Source: an uncultured delta proteobacterium (GTDB taxonomy: Bacteria; Myxococcota_A; Polyangia; Fen-1088). From it: 64,000 bases of DNA. Position numbers and translations under genes: made by a program. The DNA lies in NCBI GenBank assembly GCA_963737265.1, contig CAVTRY010000011.1, positions 1,248,001-1,312,000 on the forward strand, in the 5' to 3' direction. Below are positions 49,258-63,554 of the stretch, in pieces. The notes below the pieces were generated by a model. That model was not told the origin of the DNA. It saw nothing but the letters and a program-made list of their open reading frames with translations, and searched no databases. How positions within the stretch are numbered: the first letter of the stretch is position 1; every line of letters starts with the position of its first letter.

Positions 49258-50355
49258 ATGCGCATTGGCGATATCGATATCGGTCCGGGCGCGCTGCTCG
49301 CGCCCATGGAAGCGGTGACCGATCTGCCCTTTCGCACCGTGTGCGAGGAACATGGCGCCGCGTTGACCTACACCGAATTCCTTTCGGCGGAAGCGCTCAC
49401 GCGCGGGGCGGTCAAGGCCACCAGCCGCATGTTGGCCAGCTTGGGCGGCCAGCGCTTCGCGGTGCAGGTCTTCGGCCGCGAGCCGGAGGTGGTGGCCCGT
49501 GCGGCGCAGATGGCGGCGGACATCGGCGCGAGCATCGTCGACATCAACATGGGATGCCCGGCCCGCAAGGTGACGGCGGGCCTGTGCGGTTCGGCGCTCA
49601 TGCGCGAGCCGGATTTGGCGGCACGTATGGTGGACGCCGTGCGCGCGGCCCTGCCCGCCAGTATTCCCGTGACGGTCAAGCATCGCGCCGGCTGGGACGA
49701 TCTTTCGCAAAACGCCGCGGCATTTGCGCGCAGGATGGTCGGCGCGGGCGCTGCGCTCATCACCGTGCACGGACGCACGCGCGCACAGGGTTTCTCGGGC
49801 GGTGTCCGCATGGCGCCCATCGCCGAGACGCGCGCGCTGTTGCCACGCCGGATCCCCGTGGTTGGCAACGGCGACGTGAATTCCGTTGCCGACTACCTGG
49901 ATATGAAGCGGGAGACCGGCTGCGACGCAGTGATGATCGGCCGCGCCGCTCGCGGCAATCCGTGGCTTTTTCGCGACGTCCGCGCCGTCGACGAAGGCCT
50001 GCCCGTTCCCGCACCACCGGGCGTGGACGAACGCCGACGGGTGTGGCGCCGACACGCCGATCTCGTCGCCGAATACGCCGTGCCCAAGATGGTGTTGCAC
50101 GAGCTGCGCAAGACGTTGGCCTGGTACTCGCGCGGGCTTCACGGCGGCGCAAATCTGCGCCATCGTTGTTTTTCCGAGGACAGCCCGCAAGCCTTGCTCG
50201 ACATGGGCGAGGCGTTCTTCGCCGATCTAGAAGAACGCGAAGCAAGCCACGTTGGCGACCTGCGCGAGCCGCCGGTACCACTCGAAATCAAGTGCTCGGA
50301 TCGCCACGCGCGCCGCCAGAGCCGCATCGAGGAGATCGCAAGGTGCAACGGTTGA
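49258..50355 (+). CDS. dusB: tRNA-dihydrouridine synthase
   Basis: LAPMEAVTD, DINMGCP, TVHGRTR, GNGDV, MIGRAARGNPW. Confidence 0.9.
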   Translation: MRIGDIDIGPGALLAPMEAVTDLPFRTVCEEHGAALTYTEFLSAEALTRGAVKATSRMLASLGGQRFAVQVFGREPEVVARAAQMAADIGASIVDINMGCPARKVTAGLCGSALMREPDLAARMVDAVRAALPASIPVTVKHRAGWDDLSQNAAAFARRMVGAGAALITVHGRTRAQGFSGGVRMAPIAETRALLPRRIPVVGNGDVNSVADYLDMKRETGCDAVMIGRAARGNPWLFRDVRAVDEGLPVPAPPGVDERRRVWRRHADLVAEYAVPKMVLHELRKTLAWYSRGLHGGANLRHRCFSEDSPQALLDMGEAFFADLEEREASHVGDLREPPVPLEIKCSDRHARRQSRIEEIARCNG

Positions 50356-50768
50356 TCCCGCTTTTTCTGGCTGCGATCTTTGCTCTTGCGGGCTGCGACG
50401 ATCGCTCGTACCGCGACATCGGCGCGGCCATCAACGTCCTCACCAAACAGAGCGAGGAGTTGCCCGGCCCGGCCATCGCGCGTCTGCGCCAGATCGGCCG
50501 CCGGGCGGTACCGCAGATTGAGACCGCCATGCACACCGCCTCGGCGCGCGGAAAAACCAACCTCATCTCGGTGCTTGCCGCCATCGGCGAACCGGAATCG
50601 GCCGCCATTCTCCAGCACTTCGCCGTCTACGACGCCAGTCCCGAGGTTCGCGCCGCGTGCGAAGACGTGCTTGGGCAATGGGCGGCAGCCGCCGACCGGC
50701 GCAGCCAGCCCGCAAAACAAGCCATCGCGAGAATCCAAGAAAAGCGCAAGCTCGGCCAGGCCGAATAG
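50343..50768 (+). CDS. HEAT-repeat-like lipoprotein
   Basis: lipobox ALAGC; helical repeats (LAAIGEPES...PEVRAAC); overlaps the dusB stop. Confidence 0.65.
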   Translation: MQRLIPLFLAAIFALAGCDDRSYRDIGAAINVLTKQSEELPGPAIARLRQIGRRAVPQIETAMHTASARGKTNLISVLAAIGEPESAAILQHFAVYDASPEVRAACEDVLGQWAAAADRRSQPAKQAIARIQEKRKLGQAE

Positions 50769-50856
50769 GCAATCCAGGGTCTCCAAGAGAAAGGCCGAGA
50801 AACCTGCTCCGGATGGAGCGGCTTCTCGGCCTTGAATCAATCCGGGCTCTGCAGCC

Positions 50857-54468
<3,612 letters not shown>

Positions 54469-54605
54469 AGCGTTGGTCCTCCCGTAAATTGCTCTATCTG
54501 GGATCAAAAAGCGCCCTGTTCTTACGTCTGCGGCCCGAGGGGCGCAACACAATTTTCGCCCTGCGGGACAGCGCAAGTCACCGATCGAAACACACGAAGT
54601 CCCAT

Positions 54606-55763
54606 CTACATGCGCGGGATGGGAAATGGATAGTCCGGGCGGGCAAACAGAAAGCCCTGGAACCAATCCGCGCCCAGCTCGATCAGGGTCTGGCATTCAT
54701 CCTGGGTTTCCACGCCTTCCGCAACCAGCGGCGTGCCGAGCTCGCGACACAGGGTGGCCAATGCCTGCACCATCTTGCGCTTGGTCGGCGCGCGATCGAT
54801 GCCGCGAATGAGCGACATGTCCAGCTTCACCGCGTCAGGTTCAAGCGCGGCAAAACTATTCAGACCGGAATAGCCTTCGCCGAGGTCGTCGACCGCGATT
54901 TTGTAACCGAGCTTGCGCAGCCGCCCAATGCGATCGTGCGTATCCGGGATCTTCTCGATTGCCATGCGCTCGGTGATCTCGAAGTGGATGCGCGGTGCAA
55001 AAGGCGCAAGCGGGTTGCTCGGATCGTACAGTTGTTCGTCGAGCAGGTCGAGCACGTGCAGGTTGATGAAGACCCCCGGCAAATCGGGATGGTTCGCCAT
55101 GATTTCCGCGATCATTCCGCGCGTCTTTTGGCCAAGGGTGTGCACTTCGCCAAGCGTCTCCGCGACGTTGAGAATTTCAGTGGGTAGATGCACCGTGGTG
55201 TCCGTCGTCCGCATGAGCGCCTCGTACGCAACCACGGACTTGGTCGACCATGAGACGATGGGTTGAAAAGCCATCCACAGGCCGGCAATCGCGCGATTGA
55301 ACTGCTCGCGCAGCACATCGTGCTGTCGCGCCAGCCTTTCGCTCGTATCGAGCAGCTGTCGCTGCCGGCGCACCAAGTGGTAAGCGTGGACGGTCCGCTC
55401 CAGGACTTCCTTGAGCTGCGGCAGCGAGAGCGGCTTGATAAGGTAGCTTTGCGCGCCCCATTCCACCGCGAGGCGCGCGGTTTCGAGCTCCGGGCCGCCG
55501 GTCATCAAAATGACGGGCACGTCCATGTCGCGCCGGCGCACCGCGCGCAAGATTTCGAGCCCGCTGGTGGTCGGCATGTTGATATCGCTGAGGATCACAT
55601 CGAAAGATCGCTCCTTCGCCATTTGTAGCGCCGACTCACCGGTCGTCGCCTCCACGACCTCGTAGTTCCAGGTGCGCAACATGCGAACGCACGCGCGCAT
55701 AAAGGCATCGTCGTCGTCCACGACCAGCACGGCAGGCCGCGGCTCATCTGCCTGAGAGCTCAA
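54606..55763 (-). CDS. Response regulator with EAL phosphodiesterase domain
   Basis: VLVVDDD...SDINMP...KP receiver; YEALMR, EITER, VDDLGEGYS, VAEGVE, QGF; start uncertain. Confidence 0.9.
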   Translation of the reverse strand: MSSQADEPRPAVLVVDDDDAFMRACVRMLRTWNYEVVEATTGESALQMAKERSFDVILSDINMPTTSGLEILRAVRRRDMDVPVILMTGGPELETARLAVEWGAQSYLIKPLSLPQLKEVLERTVHAYHLVRRQRQLLDTSERLARQHDVLREQFNRAIAGLWMAFQPIVSWSTKSVVAYEALMRTTDTTVHLPTEILNVAETLGEVHTLGQKTRGMIAEIMANHPDLPGVFINLHVLDLLDEQLYDPSNPLAPFAPRIHFEITERMAIEKIPDTHDRIGRLRKLGYKIAVDDLGEGYSGLNSFAALEPDAVKLDMSLIRGIDRAPTKRKMVQALATLCRELGTPLVAEGVETQDECQTLIELGADWFQGFLFARPDYPFPIPRM

Positions 55764-55947
55764 GCCGTTGTGCTCGCCTGTCTCTATTGAACACACGTTA
55801 CGCACTGAACCATTCGTCAACGGATTCCAACTGCCCTTCCATCGGCAGGACGGCCCGGACATTGAGCGCGATGCCATTTGACCCGCGCCTGCGCTGGCCG
55901 CTCCGATCCCAGGACCAACGCGCTCAGCGTCAGTGTAGCATGCGCGG

Positions 55948-56862
55948 ATGTTTGGTCTTCGACCGTTGCTGCTCATCGCGCTCGGCGGATTCAGTGCTGT
56001 GTTCACCGCGCTGTGGGGGCGCGACGTCGCGAAAAAACGCGCACGAGCGCCCGAGGTGGATGTGCCTGACGAGGACGCTGCGTCCGCCCGGCCGGGCTTG
56101 CCGTCGCCAGTGCAAACCTTCATCGGATTCATCACCAATTTCTTCGACACGCTTGGGATCGGGTCGTACGCGACCACGACGTCCATCTACAAAGTGTTCC
56201 GCCTGGTGCCCGACCACCGAATTCCGGGCACGCTTTTGGTCGGTCACATGTGGCCGACGGTGGCCCAGGCGGTGATTTACATAACCATCATCCAGGTCGA
56301 GATGACCACGCTGGCGTTGCTCATCGGCGCGTCGATTTTGGGTTCGTGGCTGGGGGCGGGCGTGGTTTCGGCCTGGCCCAGGCGCAAGATCCAGATCGGC
56401 ATGGGGCTCGCGCTGCTGGGCGCATCGGGACTGATGCTAGCCAAGGCGGTGCACTGGCTGCCGAGCGGCGGCGACACGGTGGGGCTGCACGGCTGGCGGC
56501 TGGCCGCGGGGCTTGCCGGCAACTTCACCTTTGGCGCGCTCATGAATCTCGGCATCGGCGCCTACGCACCCAGCCTGATTCTCTTCGGATTCCTCGGCAT
56601 GAACATCAGGGCCGTGTTCCCGGTCATGATGGGTTCGTGCGCCTTCATCATGCCCACGAGCGGGATTCGCTTCATCGGCCGCGGTAGTTACGCTTCGCGC
56701 GCGGCCTTGGGCCTGGCCCTGGGCGGCGTGCCCGGAGTGCTACTGGCGGCCTACGTGATCAAAGAGCTGCCGGTGAGGTATCTTTTGTGGTTGGTCATCG
56801 CAGTGGCAACCTACAGTGCCGTGGCCATGCTTCATTCCGCATGGACTGATTGCAAACAATAG
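55948..56862 (+). CDS. Sulfite exporter TauE/SafE family permease
   Basis: [40 protein letters not shown]. Confidence 0.8.
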   Translation: MFGLRPLLLIALGGFSAVFTALWGRDVAKKRARAPEVDVPDEDAASARPGLPSPVQTFIGFITNFFDTLGIGSYATTTSIYKVFRLVPDHRIPGTLLVGHMWPTVAQAVIYITIIQVEMTTLALLIGASILGSWLGAGVVSAWPRRKIQIGMGLALLGASGLMLAKAVHWLPSGGDTVGLHGWRLAAGLAGNFTFGALMNLGIGAYAPSLILFGFLGMNIRAVFPVMMGSCAFIMPTSGIRFIGRGSYASRAALGLALGGVPGVLLAAYVIKELPVRYLLWLVIAVATYSAVAMLHSAWTDCKQ

Positions 56863-56870
56863 AAATCACA

Positions 56871-58385
56871 ATGGGCAACCCACTCTTCGCCACCAAATCC
56901 GTCGACAAGCTCCGCTCGGACGCCGAGTACAGCTACGGCTTCAAGCGCAGCCTGGGCGCCTTCGATTTGGTGCTGCTCGGCATCGGCGGCATCATCGGCA
57001 CCGGCATCTTCGTGCTTACCGGCCGCGCCGCCGCCGCCAACGCCGGACCGGCCGTTGCGCTTTCGTTCACCGTCGCCGCCGTCGCCTCGGCCTTCGCGGG
57101 GCTGTGCTACGCCGAAATGGCGTCCATGATTCCCATCGCGGGCAGCGCGTACACCTATGCCTACGCAACCATGGGCGAGCTGGTCGCCTGGATCATCGGC
57201 TGGGATTTGATTCTGGAATACCTGGTGGGCGCCGCCACGGTGAGCGTGGGCTGGTCGGGCTACGTGTGCGCGTTCGTGAAAAACGTGACCGGCCAAGAGC
57301 TGTCGTCGACCTGGACGCGCGCCCCTTTCATCTGGGACGAGGCCACGCACCACCTGCAATCCACCGGTGCCATCGTCAACCTGCCCGCGGTCGTCATCGT
57401 CCTGGCGGTAACGGCCATTCTTATCGTCGGCATCAAGGAATCGGCGCGCTTCAACGGCATCATCGTCTTGGTCAAGGTCGCCGTCGTGCTGATGTTCATC
57501 GTGGCGGCTGCGCCCTTCGTGCGCCACGAAAACTGGGTACCGTTCATTCCACCCAACACCGGCACCTTTGGGAAATTCGGCATCTCCGGCATCCTGCAAG
57601 GCGCCACCATGGTGTTCTTCGCCTATATCGGCTTCGACGCGGTCTCGACCGCAGCGCAGGAAACCAAGAACCCGCAGCGCAATCTCCCCATCGGCATCCT
57701 CGGCTCGCTCGTCGTGTGCACCGTGCTCTACATCGCGGTCTCGCTCATCCTGACCGGCGTCGTCCACTACACCAAGCTGTCGGTCCCCCACCCCATCGCC
57801 GTCGGCATCGCGGTCACCGGCTCGCACCTGCTCGAAGTCGCCGTCGAGGTGGGCGCCATCGCCGGTCTGTCGTCGGTCATGCTGGTGCTGCTGCTCGGCC
57901 AGCCGCGCATCTTCTTTTCTATGGCGCGCGATGGCCTATTTCCGCCCTTTGCCGCCAAGGTTCATCCGCGCTTCGGTACACCCCACGTCACCACCCTGGT
58001 TACCGGCTGCGTGTGCGCCGTGGCCGGCGGCGTGCTGCCCATCGACATTCTCGGCGAGCTGACCAGCATCGGCACCCTATTCGCCTTCGTCCTGGTCAGC
58101 CTGGGCGTGATGATCCTGCGCCTCAAGCGCCCGGATATTCCGCGTTCCTTCAAAGTCCCCGGTGGCCCCTACGTCGTCCCCATCTGCGGTGTCCTCACCT
58201 CGGGCACGCTCATGTACACCGCCACCACCCACACCATCATCCGCCTCTTCGTCTGGATGGCCATCGGCCTGGTCATCTATTTCACCTACGGCGCGAAACA
58301 CTCCGTCCTGCGCACCGGAAAAGAGCCCGCCATTCCCTTCGCCGATCCCCACACCGAAACGCCGCCGCCGCGCTTGATTGACTGA
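56871..58385 (+). CDS. APC family amino acid permease
   Basis: [50 protein letters not shown]. Confidence 0.93.
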   Translation: MGNPLFATKSVDKLRSDAEYSYGFKRSLGAFDLVLLGIGGIIGTGIFVLTGRAAAANAGPAVALSFTVAAVASAFAGLCYAEMASMIPIAGSAYTYAYATMGELVAWIIGWDLILEYLVGAATVSVGWSGYVCAFVKNVTGQELSSTWTRAPFIWDEATHHLQSTGAIVNLPAVVIVLAVTAILIVGIKESARFNGIIVLVKVAVVLMFIVAAAPFVRHENWVPFIPPNTGTFGKFGISGILQGATMVFFAYIGFDAVSTAAQETKNPQRNLPIGILGSLVVCTVLYIAVSLILTGVVHYTKLSVPHPIAVGIAVTGSHLLEVAVEVGAIAGLSSVMLVLLLGQPRIFFSMARDGLFPPFAAKVHPRFGTPHVTTLVTGCVCAVAGGVLPIDILGELTSIGTLFAFVLVSLGVMILRLKRPDIPRSFKVPGGPYVVPICGVLTSGTLMYTATTHTIIRLFVWMAIGLVIYFTYGAKHSVLRTGKEPAIPFADPHTETPPPRLID

Positions 58386-58521
58386 GCGCCTCAACACCAC
58401 CGCAGCTGGCGTTCGGCTGGCCTTCCATCGAGTAGCACGAAGGGCGACGCCTACCGGACGGGGTTGCAGCTTGAAGATGACTATTTCGTCGTCAAGGCCT
58501 GGCTCACCCAGATCGGAGAGA

Positions 58522-59685
58522 CTATTTCGGCGCTTTCCACACCCTGCCGTCATGGTTCTGATTCACTCCGGACTCGACCCAGTACACGTTCTGACTATCC
58601 ACCACGATCCCCTTTGGATTCGTGAGGCCGGTAGCAATGATCGTCGGTGAATTATTGCAGCCATTGATGGAACACTTGCGAACGACGCCAGCTCCGTCGC
58701 CAGGTCCGGACTCTTGCAGTTCACGAGCCTCCGTCCAGAATAAATTGACGCCGTCGGTCGCGACGCCACCCGGGGCGTAGAGGTCAGTGGCTATGTCGAG
58801 AACCGTTGGCTGGTTTCCACATCCCGACTTCGCGCAGGCAAACATCTTGCCTTCCTCGAAGAAGAGCATATCCACATCAAGCGCGATCTGTGCCGCTCCT
58901 GTCTCGGTCGCTGTGCTCGTCTCGACGGCGACTGGGACACCGTTGCACCCTGCCTTGGGGCACTTCCAGATTGCCCCATTTCCGACTGAGTCCACCGTCG
59001 CCCAATAAATGTCAGTTTGGTCCATGACGAGTATAGTGGAATCGACGTTAGTCCCTTGCACCGATACCAGTTCTACACCTGGAACGGAACCGGAAACCCC
59101 ACAGGTGTCAACTGCGGGTGTTCCCGTCGTCCAATAGGCATTCGTCCCGTCAGCAACGATTGCCGAAACGCTGCCCACAAAAAGCGACTGTGGGCTACTT
59201 CCACACCCGTTTATTGAACACTTGAATAGCTGTTGCCCTCCCATCACATCCGGCACACCGGTCGTCCAATCGCTCCAATACACATTGAGGCTGTCGGAAA
59301 AGAACGGGCAAGATGTGTAGTAAGCCGACACTCGATCGGATGCCAAGACAGTCGGGATGCCTGCACAGCCATCCTTCGCACATTTCATCACCTGCCCGTG
59401 CACCCATGGTTGCGGCACAGTGTAATCGGCAGGGGCGGTGCCGAGATCAAACCAGTAGACGTTCGACTCGTCTACCGCCAGCGCTGCCGGAAAACTCAGT
59501 CCTGCAGCCAGTATCGTAGGCTGAGCTGCGCCGGCCTGTGCGTCTAAGTCTATACTAAAATCGGAAGCGTCGCCACCATCACGCAGCGTCGAAGCATCAC
59601 CTTCGCTTCTTAGGGCTGTTATTGCCTTCGAGTTACACGCCAATGGGACACAAGGCAGAAGCCAGAGTAGGTAGCAGGATTGCAT
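58522..59685 (-). CDS. Lipoprotein with Cys-containing beta-propeller-like repeats
   Basis: lipobox PLAC; repeated A.D..NVYW and KC...GC...P units. Confidence 0.7.
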   Translation of the reverse strand: MQSCYLLWLLPCVPLACNSKAITALRSEGDASTLRDGGDASDFSIDLDAQAGAAQPTILAAGLSFPAALAVDESNVYWFDLGTAPADYTVPQPWVHGQVMKCAKDGCAGIPTVLASDRVSAYYTSCPFFSDSLNVYWSDWTTGVPDVMGGQQLFKCSINGCGSSPQSLFVGSVSAIVADGTNAYWTTGTPAVDTCGVSGSVPGVELVSVQGTNVDSTILVMDQTDIYWATVDSVGNGAIWKCPKAGCNGVPVAVETSTATETGAAQIALDVDMLFFEEGKMFACAKSGCGNQPTVLDIATDLYAPGGVATDGVNLFWTEARELQESGPGDGAGVVRKCSINGCNNSPTIIATGLTNPKGIVVDSQNVYWVESGVNQNHDGRVWKAPK

Positions 59686-59742
59686 GTGTCTCTTTTCGCG
59701 TCCGTGGGGACTCTTACCGCCGAATGTGGAACCAACAACAAA

Positions 59743-61908
59743 TCACGGTTGACAGCAAAGAATCGCGTGGGGGGGCACCTGTCTGACCATCGCTTTGGTG
59801 GATTATAGTGCTCACGCCGGCAACATACGACCCGCTCGGGCACTGTCCCTTGTAGTAGGTATAGTCCCAATCCGGACTGCCGTATCCAGCAGAGTCTCCT
59901 GAGTAGAAGACTTGCTTAGCACAGTTACTCTGGGAATGTGCGGTCACGGCCAGCGGGCAGCACAGCAGTTCGTCAAGGTATCCCGGCGTGTTGGAATAAA
60001 ATTGCGTCTGCGCGATGCCTTGGACAATCTCTCGCGCACCACACTCCCCCTTCACAAAATTTGGGTCCCAATCATAGCCACTATTGGGCGCCGTCCGGTT
60101 GTCCCCGCCATGAAATGACAACGGGTAACAACTGGACGGCGAAGTGAGGGCTTTCCCCTGTGGGCCACATTGAACGGCGTGGGCCTGGTTTAGCGCGCCC
60201 TTATACTTTGAGAGCCCGGTAAGGTACGCTCCTTGGTAGCACTCCCCCTTGTACTCTCCGTTGGCCCAATCATAAGGCAGCGGGTTCCATTGAGTACCGT
60301 AGTCCCCGAGCCAGAAGACCCGAGGTGCATTGCCGAAATAGAAGCCGCCACCAGAAGGTGTCACGAGTGCGTAGTCACTAGGAACAGTCGAGCCGGTGGC
60401 GCTTGAAGAGGTCCTTGTCCCAATATGAATGTGCTGTCGCTCCCTTTAGCTGTTACCACGAATGTGTTTCCCGGGAAAAAGTACGAGGCCTGACCGGAAC
60501 CGGCGTTGGGGTCGGCGCCGCTCCCCATTCGAGTAAGCCAACTGGCAGGTGTCGTGGGAAGTTCCGCCACTTCGCCACCAATCTGAAAACCATCTGCCGA
60601 TGTTTGGAAACTGCCAGTGTAGTCGCTCAACAAGAAGTAGCCAACCATTCCTCCTGTGGAATTTGGTTGTCCCGCATTGAAGACCACTTACACATACCAG
60701 CCTGGCGGATTAGCCGTCGCGCTCCTTGCTACGCTGACCAATATGGTCTGCTGCGTTCCTCCCGGGTTGCCGTAGTAAGAGATGGTCACATTGGGGCCTG
60801 TGGGGGCGCCAGGGAGAGTGTGAAAATTAAGTTCGTCATGATAGCCATTGTTGGTTGCAAGAACCTTAAAATGCAAGTTAGTGTTCCCGTATTCCGTAGC
60901 TACCATCGAGCCAACCTCAAGTGTTCTCATGCAAGGGATCAGGTTTTGGCCAACTTGATCATTGTTGCAGGTCGTGATGCCCTGCGAGTTGAGTCCGCAA
61001 CCAGTCATTAGCCACAACTGATCGATGCTGTGGGAATATGTTACTTGGGTATCCTGAGGGGCCACCGGTTGATAGAGCATCCATTGCGCGTTCGCTTGGG
61101 TTATGCCCGCTCCAGTTCCGCTTAGCTCCGAAACTTTCACAACATGCGCATAGCCGGGCAGTTCCGCAAAACTCGGGCATTCGTACGCAGGAGGCGGGGA
61201 AGCGTGCCGCAGCGTCCTTGTCAGAAAGGCGTCGAGCCCTCCGGAGGCCTGAATATCAGCGACGCTCTGTCGCAAGATTGGTACCGTCCCTTCTGGGCAA
61301 GCTCGGGGCCTGCCGAACGCGTCCGGATATCCGTTGAACCAGAATTCATCGGTAGCCGGTCCCGTATTCAGAGCCAGCCCTAGCGGAGGGGGAGGGGGAG
61401 GCTGCGGAAGGGTAGTTAGTGGAGTTCCCTTCGAGGCGAGTTCCTTGGCCTCCGGTGTCGCGAAATAGTCCACGCAGTCGATTGTCTCCGCTGCCTTGGT
61501 CAGAAAGGAGTGTTTAACGTCAGAGGGAGAATACCGAGCACTGAGATATGCTTGTATTTTGGCGTTTTCCGCGGCGCTGAGTGGTGTGGAATTCTGCGTT
61601 GTCGTGGCAGAAACTCCGCCTACCGTTGCAGCTCCCATAGGGGCAGCTTTTGCGATGCTCGTGCTCGTCGAAGTTGCGGTCACGGTTGGAATGTTTGTAT
61701 CCGCGCTGGGTTCCCCCGATGCGGTGCCAGTGCCAGAGAAGGTTCCGGTCGCTGTAGCGATTCCGCCGCCATCGACCCCTCCCAGTCTCGAGCTCGCTAG
61801 GTTCACAGCCACGCGAGCCTGACTCTTACTGGTGTCAGACTGCATCTGCCCGCAGCTGAGGAAAGAACAAGCCAATACAAGCGTGGCAAGAGACCGATTC
61901 GTTGACAT
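59743..61908 (-). pseudogene. Neprosin-family glutamic peptidase lipoprotein with three C-terminal Cys-rich repeats, disrupted
   Basis: propeptide ETIDCVD and CPEGTVPILR, catalytic-type LEVG and QIGGEV, MGSG, FYFG; in-frame TAA at 60688-60690, frameshift near 60400-60480, extra G in G7 at about 59769-59775. Confidence 0.75.
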
Positions 61909-62003
61909 GGCTCCTCCTGGAGGTCGCAACTCGGCCGGCGGAAATGCCCGGTCATCAGCTAGATTATATCAGACCTATCAGGGAAAACAGACCACGTCAA
62001 GTC

Positions 62004-62027
62004 TGGAGTCTACCCGATTTGGTGGAC
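62004..62027 (+). mobile_element. Solo IS3-family-like terminal repeat (remnant)
   Basis: TGGAGTCTACCCGATTTGGTGGAC resembles the TG...CCC...TGGAC pattern of IS3-family ends; no transposase or partner end seen. Confidence 0.35.
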
Positions 62028-62084
62028 GGTCCCGATAGCTGAGTCCTGGATCTGTGGTGATAAGCAAGACTCTATCTCGACGGC

Positions 62085-63401
62085 TTACTGCAAGCAGAAG
62101 ATCTTGAGCGAACCTTGCGGCTCGCCCACGGCGATGCGGCTGCCGTCGGGAGAGACCGCCACGGCGCTCGCGTTCTCATCCCAGGCGTTGACGAGCGACC
62201 CGTCGCTGAGCGAGAGGAGCAGGACTCGTGGTCCTGCAGTGACGACCGAGGTTCCGTCGGGGGTGATGGCCAGCCCGCACACACTATCGGCAGCGATGGT
62301 TTGCGTAGTCTGATGGCTCTGCAGGCTCCACAGCTCCACCCCAGTGGCCACGTTCGCGGAGGCCAGAAGGCTTCCGTCGGGCGAGAATGCCACGCCATTG
62401 ATCGTGGTTGCCGTATTGTTGCCCGTGAGCGGCTGTAGCTCGGTGCCCGATGCCACATCCCAAAGTCTGACGGTGGACGTGTCCCAGCCCGCGCTGGCCA
62501 ACGTCTGACCGTCCGGGCTGAACGCTACCGCAGTGACGTAGCTGACGTGCCCCGAGAGCACGTGCACAAGCTGGCCGCTGTCGAGGCTCCACAGTCGGGC
62601 GGTGTTGTCGATGTTGGCGCTGGCCACGGTGTGGCCGTCAGGCGAAATGGCTATGCCGTAGGTGTAGTCTGTGTTCATGGTACGCAGCAACGTCCCATCG
62701 GTGAGCCAGACCGTGACGAAACCGTCGTTGAAGGTCGCGCTGCCCCCACCGGTCACCAGGGTCTGGCCATCCGGTGTGTAGGCCACGGAGGTCAGAGGCG
62801 ACGAGCTGCCACTCAACGTGACGACCAGCGTTCCATCGCTGACGCGCCAGATCTTGGCCACGTGGTCGGTTCCCGCACTGGCCAAGAACTGCCCGTCGGG
62901 AGAAAAGGCTACGCCGCCAACGGCGGCGCTGTGGCCAAGAAGCACTTGATTAGTACAGGCGGGCTTCTGGGTGTCAATCATGACCTCAGCCAACTGTGCG
63001 TCTGGAGCGCCAGCATCTCGGCGAGTTACTCCGGCCGTGGCAATGCTGTACGGAAAACCGCCAGCAGACGTAACGCCGCCAAAGGCGACAACACCCGCGG
63101 TGGAGGCATGCCCGCCCGTGGCAATGTTGTACGGAACCTGTCCGCCCATATATGTGCCGTATGAAAGGGCTCCGCCCTGGGAAATGTCGTATGGAACCTG
63201 CCCGCCTGATGCGACCTGTCCTGCTGTGGAACTGCCGTAGGGGACTTGTCCACCCGCGCCGCCACCCTCGGCCGTGATTCCTCCAGTGCCCAGTCTGCCC
63301 GATTGGCTCGCACCCGGCTCGCCGAGAGGTGTCCGCAATCCGCATCCTGCCGCGAGCAGAAGTGAAAGAGTCAGCAACGAATGTAGGCGATTTGTCTTCA
63401 C
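62085..63401 (-). CDS. WD40-repeat lipoprotein
   Basis: lipobox AAGC, Gly-rich linker with GGQVPY repeats, about seven GH...VAFSPDG..LASA...W repeats. Confidence 0.92.
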   Translation of the reverse strand: MKTNRLHSLLTLSLLLAAGCGLRTPLGEPGASQSGRLGTGGITAEGGGAGGQVPYGSSTAGQVASGGQVPYDISQGGALSYGTYMGGQVPYNIATGGHASTAGVVAFGGVTSAGGFPYSIATAGVTRRDAGAPDAQLAEVMIDTQKPACTNQVLLGHSAAVGGVAFSPDGQFLASAGTDHVAKIWRVSDGTLVVTLSGSSSPLTSVAYTPDGQTLVTGGGSATFNDGFVTVWLTDGTLLRTMNTDYTYGIAISPDGHTVASANIDNTARLWSLDSGQLVHVLSGHVSYVTAVAFSPDGQTLASAGWDTSTVRLWDVASGTELQPLTGNNTATTINGVAFSPDGSLLASANVATGVELWSLQSHQTTQTIAADSVCGLAITPDGTSVVTAGPRVLLLSLSDGSLVNAWDENASAVAVSPDGSRIAVGEPQGSLKIFCLQ

Positions 63402-63554
63402 GTGAACCTCTTGCCTTGACGCTGAATTCGCCCGGCGGTCCGAATGATAGCAGGTCTCACCGTCCCGGAGCGAAAGGCTATGACCTGACGCGCCCTTCAG
63501 GCAGCGAGGCGTTCGTACCCGGTTCGTACCGGTTGAGACGGTCCTGCTGGGCCA

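Noticed and set aside
54489-54510. FNR-like site upstream of nifJ (TTGCT...ATCAA)
   Set aside because: Half-site spacing is 9 nt instead of 4
58390-58520. Possible gene fragment after the permease (GLQLEDDYFVVKAWLTQIGE)
   Set aside because: Too short, no start and no recognisable family
60688-60690. Stop-codon recoding (Sec/Pyl) in the neprosin gene
   Set aside because: The codon is TAA rather than TGA or TAG, and the gene has additional frameshifts, favouring decay or error
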